The position numbers were made by a program, and so were the translations under genes. Source: an uncultured Gammaproteobacteria bacterium (lineage in GTDB: Bacteria > Pseudomonadota > Gammaproteobacteria > DRLM01). Taken from it: a stretch of DNA of 64,000 nucleotides. Positions 21,543-33,610 of this stretch are shown piece after piece. The notes under the pieces are model-generated. The model saw only the letters and a list, made by a program, of their open reading frames with translations. It did not search any database and was not told where the DNA came from. Numbering within the stretch: the first letter of the stretch is position 1; each line of letters begins with the position of its first letter. Location: the NCBI GenBank assembly GCA_963729605.1, contig CAVSNY010000003.1:96001-160000 (forward strand). Reading direction: 5' to 3'.

Positions 21543-22454
21543 ATGTCAGAAAACCCTACCCCGTTCCGTTGCGGCTACGCCGCCATCATCGGCCGTCCCA
21601 ACGTCGGCAAATCCACCTTGCTCAATCGCATCCTCGGCCAGAAAATCGCCATCACCTCGCCGCGGCCGCAGACCACCCGCCACAAGATCATCGGCATCAA
21701 GACCGAGGCGGCGGGACAGGCGGTCTACGTGGATACCCCGGGTATTCATCGCGGTGGTAAACGCGCCATCAACCGCTACATGAACAAGGCGGCGCGTTCC
21801 TCGGTGGCGGAAGTGGATGTGGTGGTGCTGGTGGTGGACGCCACCCGCTGGACCGATGAGGACGACAGTATCTTGCAAGGCTTGGCCGCGCAGGAGGCGC
21901 CGGTCATCGTCGCGGTGAACAAGGTGGACATGCTGGCGGACAAAGAGGCCTTGCTGCCCTACATCAAAACCCTGGCCGAGAAATTCAATTTCGCCGCCAT
22001 CGTGCCGTTGTCCGCGCGCAAGGGCGATAACATCGAAGGCCTGGAGGCCGAGGTTTTAGCGCGTTTGCCGGAAGGCGAGGCGCTGTTTCCCGAAGACCAG
22101 GTCACCGATCGCAGTCAGCGTTTCATCGCGGCGGAACTGATCCGCGAAAAACTCATGCGCCGCTTGGGCGAGGAATTGCCCTACGCCATCACCGTCGAGA
22201 TCGAAAAATTCGCGGTGGAGGGCGGGCTGTTCCGCATCCATGCCGTGATCTGGGTGGAGAAGGACAGCCAAAAGGCTATCGTCATCGGCAAGGGCGGGTC
22301 CATGCTCAAAGAGATCGGCCAGCACGCCCGCGAGGACATGGAAAAGATTTTCGACGCCAAGGTCTTTCTGGAAACCTGGGTGCGCGTAAAAGAGGGCTGG
22401 TCGGAAGACGAGCGCCTGTTGCGCAAGCTGGGCTATGATGACCGGGAATTGTAG
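21543..22454 (+). CDS. era: GTPase Era
   Basis: GRPNVGKST, DTPG, NKVD, KH domain IVIGKGG. Confidence 0.98.
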   Translation: MSENPTPFRCGYAAIIGRPNVGKSTLLNRILGQKIAITSPRPQTTRHKIIGIKTEAAGQAVYVDTPGIHRGGKRAINRYMNKAARSSVAEVDVVVLVVDATRWTDEDDSILQGLAAQEAPVIVAVNKVDMLADKEALLPYIKTLAEKFNFAAIVPLSARKGDNIEGLEAEVLARLPEGEALFPEDQVTDRSQRFIAAELIREKLMRRLGEELPYAITVEIEKFAVEGGLFRIHAVIWVEKDSQKAIVIGKGGSMLKEIGQHAREDMEKIFDAKVFLETWVRVKEGWSEDERLLRKLGYDDREL

Positions 22455-22495
22455 CCCCGGCCCGACGCCGCCGGGAAACGGGAATCTTTATCGCC

Positions 22496-23254
22496 ATGAA
22501 CCAGCGCGCCCGGGTCCTGTTGCAACCCGCTTATGTGTTGCACCGCCGCCCCTATCGCGACAGCAGTCTGCTGCTGGATGTGTTCACGCCGGAATTCGGC
22601 CGGGTGGGATTGGTGGCGCGCGGCGCGCGGCAGGCGAAGTCCCGTTCGCAGGCCCTGCTGCAATCGTTTCATCCCCTGTTGATGTCGTGGTCGGGCAACG
22701 GCGAGTTGGCGAATCTCAATGCGGTGGAGAGCGCCGCCGCCGCGCATTGGCTGACCGGCCCCGCTCTGATGAGCGGGCTGTATTTGAATGAATTACTGGC
22801 GCGCCTGCTGCATCGCTTCGATCCTCACCCCGAACTTTATTCCAGTTACGAGACCGCCCTTGCCGCACTGGTGCGCGCGTCGCAGGAGCGAGCCGGCGTC
22901 GCGTTCGAGCCGGTGTTGCGGATTTTCGAGAAACGGCTGCTCGCCGAACTGGGTTATGGCTTGGTGTTGGAGTATGAAGCGGACACCGGTCACCCTGTCG
23001 AAGCCGGGCAAGTTTATGCGTATCATTTGGGCGAGGGGCCGGTGCGCTGGTCCGGCGAGGCGGCGGCGCAGGCGAATGCCTTATTGATCCGCGGCGCCGG
23101 TCTATTGGATTTGGCCCGCGAAGACTTGGCGGACGCCGGCAGTTTGCGGGAGGCCAAACGCTTGATGCGGGCGGCCCTGGCCGCCCACCTGGGGAACAAA
23201 CCCTTGGCCAGCCGCCGCCTGTTTACGCGCCATGCCCAGCGCGAGCCCCTTTGA
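22496..23254 (+). CDS. recO: DNA repair protein RecO
   Basis: [29 protein letters not shown]. Confidence 0.95.
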   Translation: MNQRARVLLQPAYVLHRRPYRDSSLLLDVFTPEFGRVGLVARGARQAKSRSQALLQSFHPLLMSWSGNGELANLNAVESAAAAHWLTGPALMSGLYLNELLARLLHRFDPHPELYSSYETALAALVRASQERAGVAFEPVLRIFEKRLLAELGYGLVLEYEADTGHPVEAGQVYAYHLGEGPVRWSGEAAAQANALLIRGAGLLDLAREDLADAGSLREAKRLMRAALAAHLGNKPLASRRLFTRHAQREPL

Positions 23255-23277
23255 ATCACTATAGAATCGAGGAAATC

Positions 23278-24021
23278 ATGAGTGCGGATCACGCCATTTT
23301 ATTGGGCGTCAATATCGACCATATCGCCACCCTGCGCCAGGCGCGCGGCACCCGTTATCCCGATCCGGTGCAGGCCGCCGTCGAGGCCGAGCAGGCCGGC
23401 GCCGACGCCATCACCCTGCACCTCCGCGAAGACCGCCGCCACATCCAGGAACGGGACGTGGTGCTGCTGAAAGAAATATTACAGACCCGGATGAATCTGG
23501 AGATGGCCGTCACCGAGGAGATGCTGGCCATCGCCGAACGGCTGCGGCCCGAGGAGTGTTGCCTGGTCCCCGAGCGGCGCGAGGAATTGACCACCGAAGG
23601 CGGTTTGGACGTGGTGGGGCAGGAGGCGCGCATTCGGCAAGCGTGCGAACGGTTGGCCGCCGCCGGTTGCCGGGTGTCTTTGTTCGTGGACGCGGACCTG
23701 GCCCAGGTGGAGGCGGCGCAACGCTGCGGCGCGCCGGTGATCGAGATCCACACCGGCCACTACGCCGAGGCCGTTGATGCGCGGACGCGCAATGCCGAAT
23801 TGGAGAAGATCGCGGCGGCGGTGCAACATGGAACGGCGGCCGGACTGCACGTGAACGCCGGTCACGGCCTGCATTATCACAATGTGGATGCGATAGCGGC
23901 CATACCCGCGATCCGGGAATTGAACATCGGCCATGCGATCATCGCCCGCGCCCTGTTCGCCGGTTTGCAGGAGGCGGTCCGCGAGATGAAGCGCCTGATG
24001 CGCGCGGCGCGCGGCCAGTGA
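23278..24021 (+). CDS. pdxJ: Pyridoxine 5'-phosphate synthase
   Basis: [30 protein letters not shown]. Confidence 0.97.
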   Translation: MSADHAILLGVNIDHIATLRQARGTRYPDPVQAAVEAEQAGADAITLHLREDRRHIQERDVVLLKEILQTRMNLEMAVTEEMLAIAERLRPEECCLVPERREELTTEGGLDVVGQEARIRQACERLAAAGCRVSLFVDADLAQVEAAQRCGAPVIEIHTGHYAEAVDARTRNAELEKIAAAVQHGTAAGLHVNAGHGLHYHNVDAIAAIPAIRELNIGHAIIARALFAGLQEAVREMKRLMRAARGQ

Positions 24022-24395
24022 TCCACGGCATCGGCACCGACATCGTGCGGGTCGCCCGCATGCAGGCCAATTGGGAGCGGCACGGCCGGCGTTTCGCAAG
24101 CAAGATATTGGCCCCCTCCGAATACGCCGCGTTCGAGACGGACAAACGTCCCGCCTCTTTCCTCGCCAAACGTTTCGCGGCCAAGGAGGCCATGGTCAAG
24201 GCGCTGGGCACCGGTTTCCGCGATGGGGTCAAGCTTACCGACATCGGCGTGACGCATAACGCCGCCGGCAAGCCCGTCCTGGTCTGCACCGGCCATACCT
24301 TGGCGCTGATGTCTTCCCTGGACATCACCGAGAGTCACTTGAGTTTGGCGGATGAGCAGGAGTACGCGGTGGCCTTCGTGATTTTATTATCGTAA
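24018..24395 (+). CDS. acpS: Holo-ACP synthase
   Basis: [18 protein letters not shown]. Confidence 0.95.
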   Translation: MIHGIGTDIVRVARMQANWERHGRRFASKILAPSEYAAFETDKRPASFLAKRFAAKEAMVKALGTGFRDGVKLTDIGVTHNAAGKPVLVCTGHTLALMSSLDITESHLSLADEQEYAVAFVILLS

Positions 24396-24422
24396 GGCCC
24401 CCCAGATATCTCACGCATTCGC

Positions 24423-24451
24423 TTGAAGGGAGGGGAGGGGTTTGCTAAGAT
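24423..24451 (+). promoter_or_regulatory. Sigma70 promoter of the tRNA-fMet/rimP operon
   Basis: TTGAAG-N17-TAAGAT with extended TG and a GC-rich discriminator. Confidence 0.7.
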
Positions 24452-24462
24452 ACGCGCTCTGC

Positions 24463-24539
24463 TGCGGGGTGGAGCAGTCTGGCAGCTCGTCGGGCTCATA
24501 ACCCGAAGGTCGCAGGTTCAAATCCTGCCCCCGCTACCA
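24463..24539 (+). tRNA. metY: tRNA-Met (initiator, CAT)
   Basis: 77-nt cloverleaf, anticodon loop CTCATAA, three G:C pairs in the anticodon stem, unpaired 1:72, encoded CCA; upstream of rimP-nusA-infB. Confidence 0.97.
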
Positions 24540-24550
24540 GCCCATATAAT

Positions 24551-24580
24551 AAAAAAGCCCCGTTCATCGGGGCTTTTTGT
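24551..24580 (+). terminator. Intrinsic terminator
   Basis: AAAAAAGCCCCG-TTCAT-CGGGGCTTTTT. Confidence 0.85.
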
Positions 24581-24695
24581 TAAGTACGCTACCGCAAGAG
24601 AGGCGACGGCCGATTGAAATGCAGTACCCGCGGGGCCGCGGCAATGACGGGTGAGGGGTTTTAACCGATCCGTTATTATTTTGGGTAGTGATGTG

Positions 24696-24725
24696 AAGTG
24701 GGCCGTCGGCCCATTTTTTGTTTTT
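24696..24725 (+). promoter_or_regulatory. rimP leader hairpin (terminator-like)
   Basis: AAGTGGGCCGTCGGCCCATTTTTT immediately before the rimP RBS, matching the known rimP leader pattern. Confidence 0.75.
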
Positions 24726-24735
24726 GGAGGCGAGC

Positions 24736-25191
24736 GTGGCACAGGCATCCGAGAAGTTGCGTCGGCCGATCGAGGCCGCGGTGCGAGGTCTGGGCTACGA
24801 ACTGGTCGGGATAGAATACCTTCCCCAGGGACGGCGGTCCTTGTTGCGGGTGTATATCGATACGCCGGAAGGAATTTCCGTGGATGACTGCGAGCGGGTC
24901 AGCCACCAGGTCAGCGGTGTGCTGGAGGTGGAAGAGCCCATCAACGGTCACTATATTTTGGAGGTGTCTTCGCCGGGATTGGACCGGCCGCTGTTTACGG
25001 CGGATCATTTCGGTCGCTTCGCGGGGAATCAGGTGAAACTGCGGTTGTCGTTGCCCTTGGCGGGACGGCGCAACTTCACCGGCCTATTGCAGGGTATGCG
25101 CGACAACGACGTGTTATTGGTTCAGGACGGCGAGGAATTGCGTATTCCGTTGGACAACATCGAACAGGCGCGTCTGGTGCCGGAGTTGTAA
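24736..25191 (+). CDS. rimP: Ribosome maturation factor RimP
   Basis: [25 protein letters not shown]. Confidence 0.96.
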   Translation: MAQASEKLRRPIEAAVRGLGYELVGIEYLPQGRRSLLRVYIDTPEGISVDDCERVSHQVSGVLEVEEPINGHYILEVSSPGLDRPLFTADHFGRFAGNQVKLRLSLPLAGRRNFTGLLQGMRDNDVLLVQDGEELRIPLDNIEQARLVPEL

Positions 25192-25277
25192 GGGCCGTCA
25201 CCGGGTCGGAATGGGACGCAGTGGGGGCCAATGATACAGCGCATGGATGGCCGCAAACTCAAGTAAGGGCGAGTAGC

Positions 25278-26771
25278 ATGAGCAAAGAAATTCTTTTGGT
25301 GGTAGAGGCCGTCTCGAACGAGAAGGGTGTCAACGAAAACATCATTTTCGAGGCCATCGAGGCCGCGCTGGCGACGGCGACCAAGAAACGTCATGAAGAA
25401 GAAATCGACGCCCGGGTGAGTATTGATCGCCATACCGGCGATTATTCGACTTTCCGCCGCTGGGAGGTGCTGGAGGACGACGCCCCGGTCGAATATCCCG
25501 AGCGGCAACTGCATCTCGGCGACGCCCGCAAGAAGAAGGCCGACGCCGAAGTGGGCGAGTTTATCGAAGAGCCCATGGAGTCGGTGTCGTTCGGCCGCAT
25601 CGCCGCGCAGACCGCCAAACAAGTCATCGTGCAAAAGGTCCGCGAAGCCGAGCGCGCCCAGGTGGTGGACGCATACAAGAGCCGGGTGGGCGAATTGGTC
25701 ACCGGCGTGGTCAAGCGGGTCGAGCGCGGCAGCGTGATCATGGATCTCGGCGGCAATGCCGAGGGCGTCATCAATCGCGAGGACATGATCCCCCGCGAAA
25801 ACGTCCGCAACGGCGACCGGGTGCGCGGCTATCTGCGCGAGGTGCGTTCGGAAGCGCGCGGTCCGCAATTGTTCGTGTCGCGCACCGCGCCGGAATTATT
25901 GATCGCGCTGTTCAAGTTGGAAGTGCCCGAAGCGGGCGAAGGCGTGATCGAGATCGTCAGCGCCGCGCGCGATCCCGGCTCGCGGGCCAAGATCGCGGTG
26001 AAGACCAACGATCCGCGCATCGATCCGGTCGGCGCCTGCGTCGGCATGCGCGGTTCACGGGTGCAGGCGGTGTCCAACGAATTGGCCGGCGAGCGCATCG
26101 ACATCATTTTGTGGAACGAGAATCCCGCCCAGTTCGTCATCAACGCCATGTCGCCGGCGGAAGTGCAGTCCATCGTGGTCGATGAAGAAACCCACAGCAT
26201 GGACGTGGCGGTGGCCGAGGAAGGCTTGTCGCAAGCCATCGGCCGCGGCGGCCAGAACGTGCGGCTCGCCAGCCAGCTGACCGGTTGGGAGCTCAACGTC
26301 ATGAGCGAGTCGCAGGCCGAGGAAAAGAGCGAATCCGAGACCAACGCCCTCAAGAGCTCGTTCATGGAACAGCTCGACGTCGATGAGGAAGTGGCCAATA
26401 TTCTCGTGCAGGAAGGTTTTTCCAGCATCGAGGAAATCGCCTATGTCCCGATGCAGGAGCTGGTGGCCATCGAGGAATTCGACGAGAGCATCGTCGAGGA
26501 ATTGCGCAACCGCGCCCGCGACGTGTTGTTGACCCGCGCCATCGTCACGGAGGAGAGCGCCGTGGAACCGGCCGCCGATTTGTTGGAATTAAAGGGTATG
26601 GACCGCAGTTTGGCCTTCCGTCTGGCGCAGCGCGGCGTGTTGACCCGCGAGGATTTGGCGGAACAGTCCGTCGATGAATTGCTGGACGTGGAAGGAATGG
26701 ATGAACAGCGCGCAAGTGAGCTGATTATGACGGCGCGGGAACCCTGGTTCGCCACGGAGCAACAAGGCTGA
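25278..26771 (+). CDS. nusA: Transcription factor NusA
   Basis: [35 protein letters not shown]. Confidence 0.98.
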   Translation: MSKEILLVVEAVSNEKGVNENIIFEAIEAALATATKKRHEEEIDARVSIDRHTGDYSTFRRWEVLEDDAPVEYPERQLHLGDARKKKADAEVGEFIEEPMESVSFGRIAAQTAKQVIVQKVREAERAQVVDAYKSRVGELVTGVVKRVERGSVIMDLGGNAEGVINREDMIPRENVRNGDRVRGYLREVRSEARGPQLFVSRTAPELLIALFKLEVPEAGEGVIEIVSAARDPGSRAKIAVKTNDPRIDPVGACVGMRGSRVQAVSNELAGERIDIILWNENPAQFVINAMSPAEVQSIVVDEETHSMDVAVAEEGLSQAIGRGGQNVRLASQLTGWELNVMSESQAEEKSESETNALKSSFMEQLDVDEEVANILVQEGFSSIEEIAYVPMQELVAIEEFDESIVEELRNRARDVLLTRAIVTEESAVEPAADLLELKGMDRSLAFRLAQRGVLTREDLAEQSVDELLDVEGMDEQRASELIMTAREPWFATEQQG

Positions 26772-26824
26772 TCAATAGGGTTACTCATTAAGTCGGTAAA
26801 TATGGCTACACTTTCCGCTGCGTT

Positions 26825-26863
26825 CCCGCCCTTGTGCAAGGGGACGGGGCAGGGTGGGGGTAG
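26825..26863. repeat. Degenerate CCC-hairpin element
   Basis: CCCGCCCTTGTGCAAGGGGACGGGGCAGGGTGGGGGT, similar layout to 10153. Confidence 0.5.
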
Positions 26864-26880
26864 GTAAATGACCGTGTTTA

Positions 26881-26931
26881 CTCAGGTGTTGCGAAATTAA
26901 GATTACACAACTTAACTTCGCAACGCCTGAG
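26881..26931. repeat. Long imperfect inverted repeat before infB
   Basis: CTCAGGTGTTGCGAAATTAAG..CTTAACTTCGCAACGCCTGAG (19/21 Watson-Crick pairs). Confidence 0.75.
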
Positions 26932-26951
26932 TCATGGAGCGAGAGGCTAGC

Positions 26952-29498
26952 ATGTCGGAAGTTACGGTAAAACAGTTCGCAGAAGTCGTGGGAATCCCGG
27001 TCGACCGTTTATTGGTTCAACTGGAAGAGGCCGGGTCGAATATCCGTTCCGCCGAGCAGACCATCACCGACAAGGAGAAGGTTGAACTGCTGCAGTATCT
27101 GCGCCGCAACCACGGCCTGTCGTCCGAACTCCCCGGTGTCGCGGAGCCGAAGAAGATCACTCTGAAACGCCGCACCGTCAGCGAGCTCCGCCAGTCCGGG
27201 CCGCAAGGCAAGGCCAAAACGGTGAACGTCGAGGTGCGCCGCCATCGCACCTACGTCAAACGCAGCGTGGCGATGGCCGACGACGTCGCCCGCCTGGAAA
27301 CTCAATTGGCTGAGCGCGCGCGCGAGGAAGAGGAAGAGCAGGCGCGTCTCGCCGAGGCGCAACGCCGGGAAGAGGAAGAAAAACGGCGCATCGCCGAAGA
27401 GGCGCGTCTCGCCGAAGAGCGGCGCCGGGCCGAGGAAGAGGCCCGTCGCGTCGCCGAGGAAGAGGCGCGCCGCGCCGCCGAATTGGCCGCTAAACCGCGG
27501 GCCGAACCGGCGCCGGCCGCCGAGGCCGCCAAGCCCGCCCCCGATGCCGCCAAGGACAAAAAAGACAAACGCCGGCCCGGCAAGGAGCGTGGCCGCGACG
27601 ATGCCTCCGCCGGCAAATACGGCCGTCAGGAATTGCATCTCACCACCGAAAAGGCCGGCCGGCGCAAGAAAGGCCGCGACAATCGCGACCGCGGCGGCGT
27701 GGCGGTCAGCGGCAAGCATGGTTTCGAACGGCCCACCGCGCCCATCGTGCGCGAGGTGAGCATCCCCGAGACCATCACCGTGGCCGAGTTGGCGCAGAAG
27801 ATGTCGGTCAAGGCCACCGAAGTGATCAAATTCATGATGACCATGGGCAGCATGGTCACCATCAATCAGGTGATCGATCAAGAAACGGCGACCCTGGTGG
27901 TGGAAGAAATGGGCCACGTCGCCAAGCCTCTGCAGGAAAGCGCGTTGGAGGATGCCTTGGTAGTGGAATCCCAAGGCGCCGGTACGCGGGACAACCGCGC
28001 GCCGGTGGTCACCATCATGGGCCATGTCGATCACGGCAAGACTTCGTTGCTCGACTACATCCGCCGCACCAAGGTGGCGGCGGGCGAGGCGGGCGGTATC
28101 ACCCAGCACATCGGCGCTTATCACGTCGAGACCAGCAAAGGCATGATCACCTTCCTCGACACGCCGGGCCATGAAGCCTTCACCGCCATGCGCGCCCGCG
28201 GCGCCAAGGCCACCGACATCGTGGTGCTGGTGGTGGCCGCCGACGACGGTGTGATGCGCCAGACCTTGGAGGCCGTGCAACATGCCAAGGCCGGCGGTGT
28301 GCCCATCATCGTCGCGGTCAACAAGATCGATAAACCCGGCGCGGAGCCGGAGCGGGTCAAGCAGGAATTGGTCGGCCATGAAGTCGTGCCGGAAGAGTGG
28401 GGCGGCGACACCATGTTCGTGCACGTCTCCGCCAAGACCGGCGAAGGCATCGACGCTTTGCTGGATTCGATACTGACCCAGGCCGAGGTGATGGAACTCA
28501 CCGCGGTGAAGGACGCGCCCGGCACCGGCGTGGTCATCGAATCCACTTTGGATAAAGGCCGCGGCCCGATGGCGACGATCCTGGTGCAGAACGGCACCAT
28601 GCGCAAAGGCGATATTCTGCTCACCGGCCAGGAATACGGCCGGGTGCGCGCCATGTTCGATGAAACCGGTCGCACCGTCGACGAGGCCGGCCCGTCGATG
28701 CCGGTGGTGGTGCTCGGTTTGTCCGGCACACCCAACGCCGGCGACAGCGCGCAGGTGCTCGCCGACGAGCGCAAGGCGCGGGAAATCGCCTTGTTCCGTC
28801 AAGGCAAGTTCCGCGACGTGGAATTCGCACGCCAGCGCGGCGCGAAACTGGAAGACATGTTCTCGCAGATGGGCCAAGGCGAGATCAGCACGCTCAATAT
28901 GGTCATCAAGACCGACGTCCAGGGTTCCTTGGAAGCCTTGCGCGAGTCGCTCGCCAAACTGTCCACCAATGAGGTGCAGGTCAAGATCATCGCCAGCGGC
29001 GTGGGCGGCATCAACGAATCCGATATCAATCTGGCGGCAGCCTCCAGCGCGGTGATCGTCGGTTTCAACGTGCGCGCCGATGCCTCCGCGCGCCGCGCCG
29101 CCGAGGAACGCGGCGTGGAGCCGCGTTATTACAGCGTGATCTACGACGTCATCGACGACGTGAAAAAGGCGTTGTCGGGCATGTTGTCGCCGGAGATCAA
29201 GGAACAGATCGTCGGTCTCGCCCAGGTGCGCGACGTGTTCCGCTCGCCCAAGTTCGGCGCCATCGCCGGCTGCCTGGTGATGGAAGGCTCGGTCAAGCGT
29301 AATAATCCCATTCGTGTATTGCGCGAGAACGTGGTGATCTACGAAGGCCACTTGGAATCGCTGCGCCGCTTCAAGGACGACGTCAACGAAGTGCGGGCCG
29401 GCACCGAATGCGGTATCGGTGTGAAGGACTACAACGACGTGCGGCCGGGCGATCAAATCGAGGTGTTCGAACGTATCTCGGTCGCGCGCCAGCTTTAA
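26952..29498 (+). CDS. infB: Translation initiation factor IF-2
   Basis: [26 protein letters not shown]. Confidence 0.98.
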   Translation: MSEVTVKQFAEVVGIPVDRLLVQLEEAGSNIRSAEQTITDKEKVELLQYLRRNHGLSSELPGVAEPKKITLKRRTVSELRQSGPQGKAKTVNVEVRRHRTYVKRSVAMADDVARLETQLAERAREEEEEQARLAEAQRREEEEKRRIAEEARLAEERRRAEEEARRVAEEEARRAAELAAKPRAEPAPAAEAAKPAPDAAKDKKDKRRPGKERGRDDASAGKYGRQELHLTTEKAGRRKKGRDNRDRGGVAVSGKHGFERPTAPIVREVSIPETITVAELAQKMSVKATEVIKFMMTMGSMVTINQVIDQETATLVVEEMGHVAKPLQESALEDALVVESQGAGTRDNRAPVVTIMGHVDHGKTSLLDYIRRTKVAAGEAGGITQHIGAYHVETSKGMITFLDTPGHEAFTAMRARGAKATDIVVLVVAADDGVMRQTLEAVQHAKAGGVPIIVAVNKIDKPGAEPERVKQELVGHEVVPEEWGGDTMFVHVSAKTGEGIDALLDSILTQAEVMELTAVKDAPGTGVVIESTLDKGRGPMATILVQNGTMRKGDILLTGQEYGRVRAMFDETGRTVDEAGPSMPVVVLGLSGTPNAGDSAQVLADERKAREIALFRQGKFRDVEFARQRGAKLEDMFSQMGQGEISTLNMVIKTDVQGSLEALRESLAKLSTNEVQVKIIASGVGGINESDINLAAASSAVIVGFNVRADASARRAAEERGVEPRYYSVIYDVIDDVKKALSGMLSPEIKEQIVGLAQVRDVFRSPKFGAIAGCLVMEGSVKRNNPIRVLRENVVIYEGHLESLRRFKDDVNEVRAGTECGIGVKDYNDVRPGDQIEVFERISVARQL

Positions 29499-29560
29499 AC
29501 GCGCGAAGCGTTCGGCAAGTGCACGCACGGTCGGCCGTTCGCCGCGGAGTCGTATAACTT

Positions 29561-29947
29561 ATGGCAAAAGAATTCAGCCGCACCCAGCGCATGGGCGGAC
29601 AGATCCAGCGCGAGCTGGCCTTGATCGTCCAGCAGGAAATTCGTGATCCGCGCGTGGGTTTCGTGACCATTTCCGCCGTGGAACTCTCCCGCGACTTATC
29701 CCACGCCAAGGTCTTCATCACCGTGATGGATCCGGCGCAGGACGTCGCCGAGACCCTCAAGGTGTTGAACAAGGCCTCGGGTTTTCTGCGCAAGCTGCTG
29801 GGTCAGCGCATGGTGATGCGCAGCCTGCCGGAACTGCGTTTTGCCTACGACAAATCCTTGGATGAAGGTTCGCGCATCGACGCCCTGCTGCACCGGGTGG
29901 CCGCCGAGCGGAAAAAAGAGGAAGACAATGACGAGGAGCAAACCTAA
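29561..29947 (+). CDS. rbfA: Ribosome-binding factor A
   Basis: IRDPRV, SRDLSHAKV, PELRFAYD. Confidence 0.96.
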   Translation: MAKEFSRTQRMGGQIQRELALIVQQEIRDPRVGFVTISAVELSRDLSHAKVFITVMDPAQDVAETLKVLNKASGFLRKLLGQRMVMRSLPELRFAYDKSLDEGSRIDALLHRVAAERKKEEDNDEEQT

Positions 29948-30859
29948 GTGATCCGTCACAAACTCCGGGATGTGAACGGGATCGTCCTGCTCGACAAACC
30001 CATTGGCATTACCTCCAACGGCGCCTTGCAGACGGTCAAGCGGCTTTTCCAAGCGCGCAAGGCCGGCCACACCGGCAGCCTCGACCCCTTGGCCTGTGGT
30101 TTGTTGCCGCTGTGTTTCGGTTCGGCGACCAAGGTTTCGGCCTTTTTGCTGGAATCGGACAAGGAGTATCAGGTCACCGTCAAGCTGGGGGAGAAGACCA
30201 CCACCGGCGACGCCGAGGGCGAGGTGACCTCCCGCCGCGACGCCGGCGCGGTGAGCGACGCGGCGATCGCCGCGGTGCTGCCGCGCTACACCGGTTCGAT
30301 ACAGCAGATACCGCCCATGCACTCCGCGATCAAGCAGAATGGCCAACCGCTTTATAAATTGGCGCATCAAGGTATCGAGGTGGAACGCCAGCCGCGCGAG
30401 GTGACGATTTATGACTTGCGCCTGCTGCGCCGTGACGGCGATGCCCTGGATTTGGCGGTGAGTTGCTCGAAGGGCACCTATATTCGCACCTTGGCCGAGG
30501 ACATCGGCGAGACCCTGGGCGTGGGCGCGCATGTGTCGGCCCTGCGCCGTACCGCGGCCGGCCCGTTCCAGGCCAGCCAAATGGTGGACCTGGAAACCCT
30601 GCAAGCCGCGGCCGAGCAAGGGCTTGCGGCGCTGGCGGACTTTTTGTTGCCGATGGATGCCGCCTTGGAAAAATGGCCCGATGTCTGTCTGTCGGAGGAC
30701 ATGGCCTATTTTGTCCGGCAGGGACAGCCGGTGTTCGTCCCCAAGGCCCCCACCAGCGGCTGGGTCAAGCTGCGCACCGCCGACCGCCGCTTTCTGGGGG
30801 TCGGTCGCGTGCTGGAAGACGGCCGCGTCGCCCCGAAACGGTTGGTGAGCGGGGCATGA
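29948..30859 (+). CDS. truB: tRNA pseudouridine(55) synthase
   Basis: [25 protein letters not shown]. Confidence 0.97.
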   Translation: MIRHKLRDVNGIVLLDKPIGITSNGALQTVKRLFQARKAGHTGSLDPLACGLLPLCFGSATKVSAFLLESDKEYQVTVKLGEKTTTGDAEGEVTSRRDAGAVSDAAIAAVLPRYTGSIQQIPPMHSAIKQNGQPLYKLAHQGIEVERQPREVTIYDLRLLRRDGDALDLAVSCSKGTYIRTLAEDIGETLGVGAHVSALRRTAAGPFQASQMVDLETLQAAAEQGLAALADFLLPMDAALEKWPDVCLSEDMAYFVRQGQPVFVPKAPTSGWVKLRTADRRFLGVGRVLEDGRVAPKRLVSGA

Positions 30860-30884
30860 GTTCGCCCCCGGTCCGTTTATCCGC

Positions 30885-30914
30885 TTGTATGTAGCGGGCT
30901 TTACTAGGTAAAAT
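30885..30914 (+). promoter_or_regulatory. Putative sigma70 promoter of rpsO
   Basis: TTGTAT-N18-TAAAAT followed by a GC-rich discriminator. Confidence 0.5.
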
Positions 30915-30958
30915 ACGCGCCTTCTAATGAGAGCGTTAAAGACACTTGGAGTTATTGC

Positions 30959-31228
30959 ATGTCACTGAGCACTGAAGCCACCCAGCAGATCATCAAAGAT
31001 TATCAGCGGGGTCCCAGCGATACCGGTTCACCGGAAGTACAGGTTGCGATCCTCTCGGCGCGCATCGATCAACTGTCCGGTCATTTCAAGGACCACGCCA
31101 AAGACCACCATTCACGTCAAGGTTTGTTGAGAATGGTGAGCCAGCGCCGCAGTCTGTTGGATTATCTGAAGCGCAGCGACACCGAGCGTTATCGCAGTCT
31201 GGTGTCCCGTTTGGGTCTGCGTCGCTGA
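30959..31228 (+). CDS. rpsO: 30S ribosomal protein S15
   Basis: [19 protein letters not shown]. Confidence 0.98.
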   Translation: MSLSTEATQQIIKDYQRGPSDTGSPEVQVAILSARIDQLSGHFKDHAKDHHSRQGLLRMVSQRRSLLDYLKRSDTERYRSLVSRLGLRR

Positions 31229-31350
31229 AATGCGTTTTTCCGCCTGCGCAGTGGCGCCGTGCGAACAGGGGCCGAACGGATGTTCGGCCTTTATCGCTTC
31301 TGAAGGGTCGCCGCGCTTAGTCCCCTCTTCCTGCTTGTAAGGATGCTCAC

Positions 31351-33447
31351 GTGAATCCCTATAGAAAAACTTTCCAATACGGTGATCAAACCGTCACCAT
31401 CGAGACCAACGAAGTTGCGCGGCAAGCCACCGGCGCGGTGATGATCAGCATGGGCGGCACAGTCGTGATGGTGACCGCGGTAGGTAAAAAAGAGGCGGTC
31501 GAAGGCCGCGACTTTTTTCCGCTGACCGTCAACTACCAGGAACGCACCTACGCTGCGGGCAAGATCCCCGGCGGTTTCTTCAAGCGCGAGGGCCGGCCCT
31601 CGGAGAAGGAAACCCTCACCTCCCGCCTCATCGACCGCCCGCTGCGCCCGCTGTTTCCCAAAGGTTTCATCAACGAAGTGCAAGTCATCGCCACCGTGGT
31701 GTCGATGGACAAGGACATCGACGCCGACATCCCGGCCCTGTTGGGCGCCTCGGCGGCGCTGGCCATCTCCGGCCTGCCCCTCGAAGCCCCCATCGGCGCG
31801 GCGCGGGTGGGTTATGCCGATGGTAAATTTTTGCTGAATCCCCGTCTGAGCGAACTCAAGACCTCCCAATTGGATCTGGTGGTCGCCGGCACCGAAGACG
31901 CCGTGTTGATGGTGGAATCCGAGGCGCGCGAGCTGCCGGAAGCGGTGATGCTCGACGCGGTGATGTTCGGCCATGAACAAATGCAGATCGCCATTCGCGC
32001 CATCAAGGAAATGGCCGCCGACGTGGGCAAGCCGCGCTGGGATTGGCAGGCCGCGGTAACCAATAAAGACGTGAAGGACGCGGTGCGCGAATTGGCCGCT
32101 GCCGCCATCGCCGATGCCTATAACATCGCCGAGAAACAGGCGCGCCAGGACCGTCTCGCCGCGATCCGCCAGGACGTGCTGGCCAAATTGACCACCGCGC
32201 CCGAAGGCCAGCAAGCCGCCTTCGGCGCCGAGGACGTGCGCAATGTCTTCGGCAGTCTGGAAAAAGAAGTGGTGCGGGGCCGCATCATCGCCGGCGAGCG
32301 CCGTATCGACGGCCGCGACACCCGCTCCGTGCGTCCCATCTTCGTGCGTGTCGGCGTGTTGCCGCGCACCCACGGTTCCGCGCTGTTCACCCGCGGCGAG
32401 ACCCAGGCCCTGGTGGTCGCCACCTTGGGCACGGCCCGCGACGCGCAGATGATCGACGCCATCGAAGGGGAATACCGCGAACCCTTCATGCTCCACTACA
32501 ATTTCCCGCCCTCCTGCGTGGGCGAGACCGGCATGGTCGGCAGCCCCAAGCGCCGCGAGATCGGCCACGGCCGTTTGGCCAAACGCGGCGTGATGGCGGT
32601 GATGCCCGACATGACCGAATATCCGTATTCGGTGCGGGTGGTGTCGGAGATCACCGAGTCCAACGGCTCCAGCTCGATGGCCTCGGTGTGCGGCTCCAGC
32701 CTGGCGATGATGGACGCCGGCGTACCCTTGACCGCGCCCGTCGCCGGTATCGCCATGGGCTTGATCAAAGAGAAAGAGCGCTTCGTGGTGCTGAGCGACA
32801 TCCTCGGCGATGAAGATCATCTCGGCGACATGGACTTCAAAGTGGCGGGCACCACGTCGGGTGTCACCGCCTTGCAGATGGACATCAAGATCACCGGCAT
32901 CACCCGCGAGATCATGTCCGCCGCCCTGGATCAGGCCAAAGAAGGCCGCATCCACATCCTCGGCGAGATGGCCAAGGTCATGAGCAGCCCGCGCAGCGAG
33001 TTGTCCGAATACGCGCCGCGCTACATCACCATGAAGATCAATCCCGAACGCATCCGCGACGTGATCGGCAAGGGCGGCGCCACCATCCGCGCCCTCACCG
33101 AGGAGACCGGCACCGAGATCGACATCACCGACGACGGCACCATCAAGATCGCCTCGGTGGACAAGGCCGCCGGCCTCGAAGCGCAACGCCGCATCGAAGA
33201 GATCACCGCCGACGTGGAAGTGGGCAAGGTCTACGAAGGCCGGGTCGCCAAGATCATGGACTTCGGCGCCTTCGTCAGCATCCTGCCCGGCAAAGACGGC
33301 CTGGTGCACATCTCGCAAATCTCCGAGGAGCGCGTCCAGAACGTCAGCGACAAGCTCAACGAGGGCGACATCGTCAAGGTCAAGGTCTTGGAGATCGACA
33401 AACAGGGCCGGGTCCGCCTCAGCATCAAGGCGGTGGACGAAGCCTGA
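31351..33447 (+). CDS. pnp: Polynucleotide phosphorylase
   Basis: [30 protein letters not shown] and S1 domains. Confidence 0.98.
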   Translation: MNPYRKTFQYGDQTVTIETNEVARQATGAVMISMGGTVVMVTAVGKKEAVEGRDFFPLTVNYQERTYAAGKIPGGFFKREGRPSEKETLTSRLIDRPLRPLFPKGFINEVQVIATVVSMDKDIDADIPALLGASAALAISGLPLEAPIGAARVGYADGKFLLNPRLSELKTSQLDLVVAGTEDAVLMVESEARELPEAVMLDAVMFGHEQMQIAIRAIKEMAADVGKPRWDWQAAVTNKDVKDAVRELAAAAIADAYNIAEKQARQDRLAAIRQDVLAKLTTAPEGQQAAFGAEDVRNVFGSLEKEVVRGRIIAGERRIDGRDTRSVRPIFVRVGVLPRTHGSALFTRGETQALVVATLGTARDAQMIDAIEGEYREPFMLHYNFPPSCVGETGMVGSPKRREIGHGRLAKRGVMAVMPDMTEYPYSVRVVSEITESNGSSSMASVCGSSLAMMDAGVPLTAPVAGIAMGLIKEKERFVVLSDILGDEDHLGDMDFKVAGTTSGVTALQMDIKITGITREIMSAALDQAKEGRIHILGEMAKVMSSPRSELSEYAPRYITMKINPERIRDVIGKGGATIRALTEETGTEIDITDDGTIKIASVDKAAGLEAQRRIEEITADVEVGKVYEGRVAKIMDFGAFVSILPGKDGLVHISQISEERVQNVSDKLNEGDIVKVKVLEIDKQGRVRLSIKAVDEA

Positions 33448-33465
33448 GCTTCATCTGGATAGGCA

Positions 33466-33497
33466 AAATAAAAAGGGGCGCAAGCCCCTTTTTTATT
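33466..33497. terminator. Bidirectional intrinsic terminator
   Basis: AATAAAAAGGGGC-GCAA-GCCCCTTTTTTATT. Confidence 0.9.
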
Positions 33498-33520
33498 GGC
33501 CGGCCGGAAGGGGCGGGGGT

Positions 33521-33546
33521 CTTGAAACCGGGTTGGCCGTCCCTAT
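33521..33546 (+). promoter_or_regulatory. Sigma-32 (RpoH) promoter
   Basis: CTTGAAA-N13-CCCTAT upstream of a small heat-shock gene. Confidence 0.75.
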
Positions 33547-33610
33547 TTTCTTAGCAAGTCCCCGCACGGGGCGAGTTGGAGATTTTGAGAATCATTGAAA
33601 GGAGGACGTT

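Noticed and set aside
24463-24700. tRNA as an integration site
   Set aside because: No integrase and no duplicated tRNA 3' end; the normal terminator-rimP context follows.
27300-27500. Repetitive E/R/A-rich DNA in infB
   Set aside because: Normal charged coiled-coil linker of IF-2.
27009-29528. Long antisense ORFs (also 31291-33318, 37522-39417, 54658-57462)
   Set aside because: Shadow frames of high-GC genes (infB, pnp, aminotransferase, smc) with no recognisable motifs.
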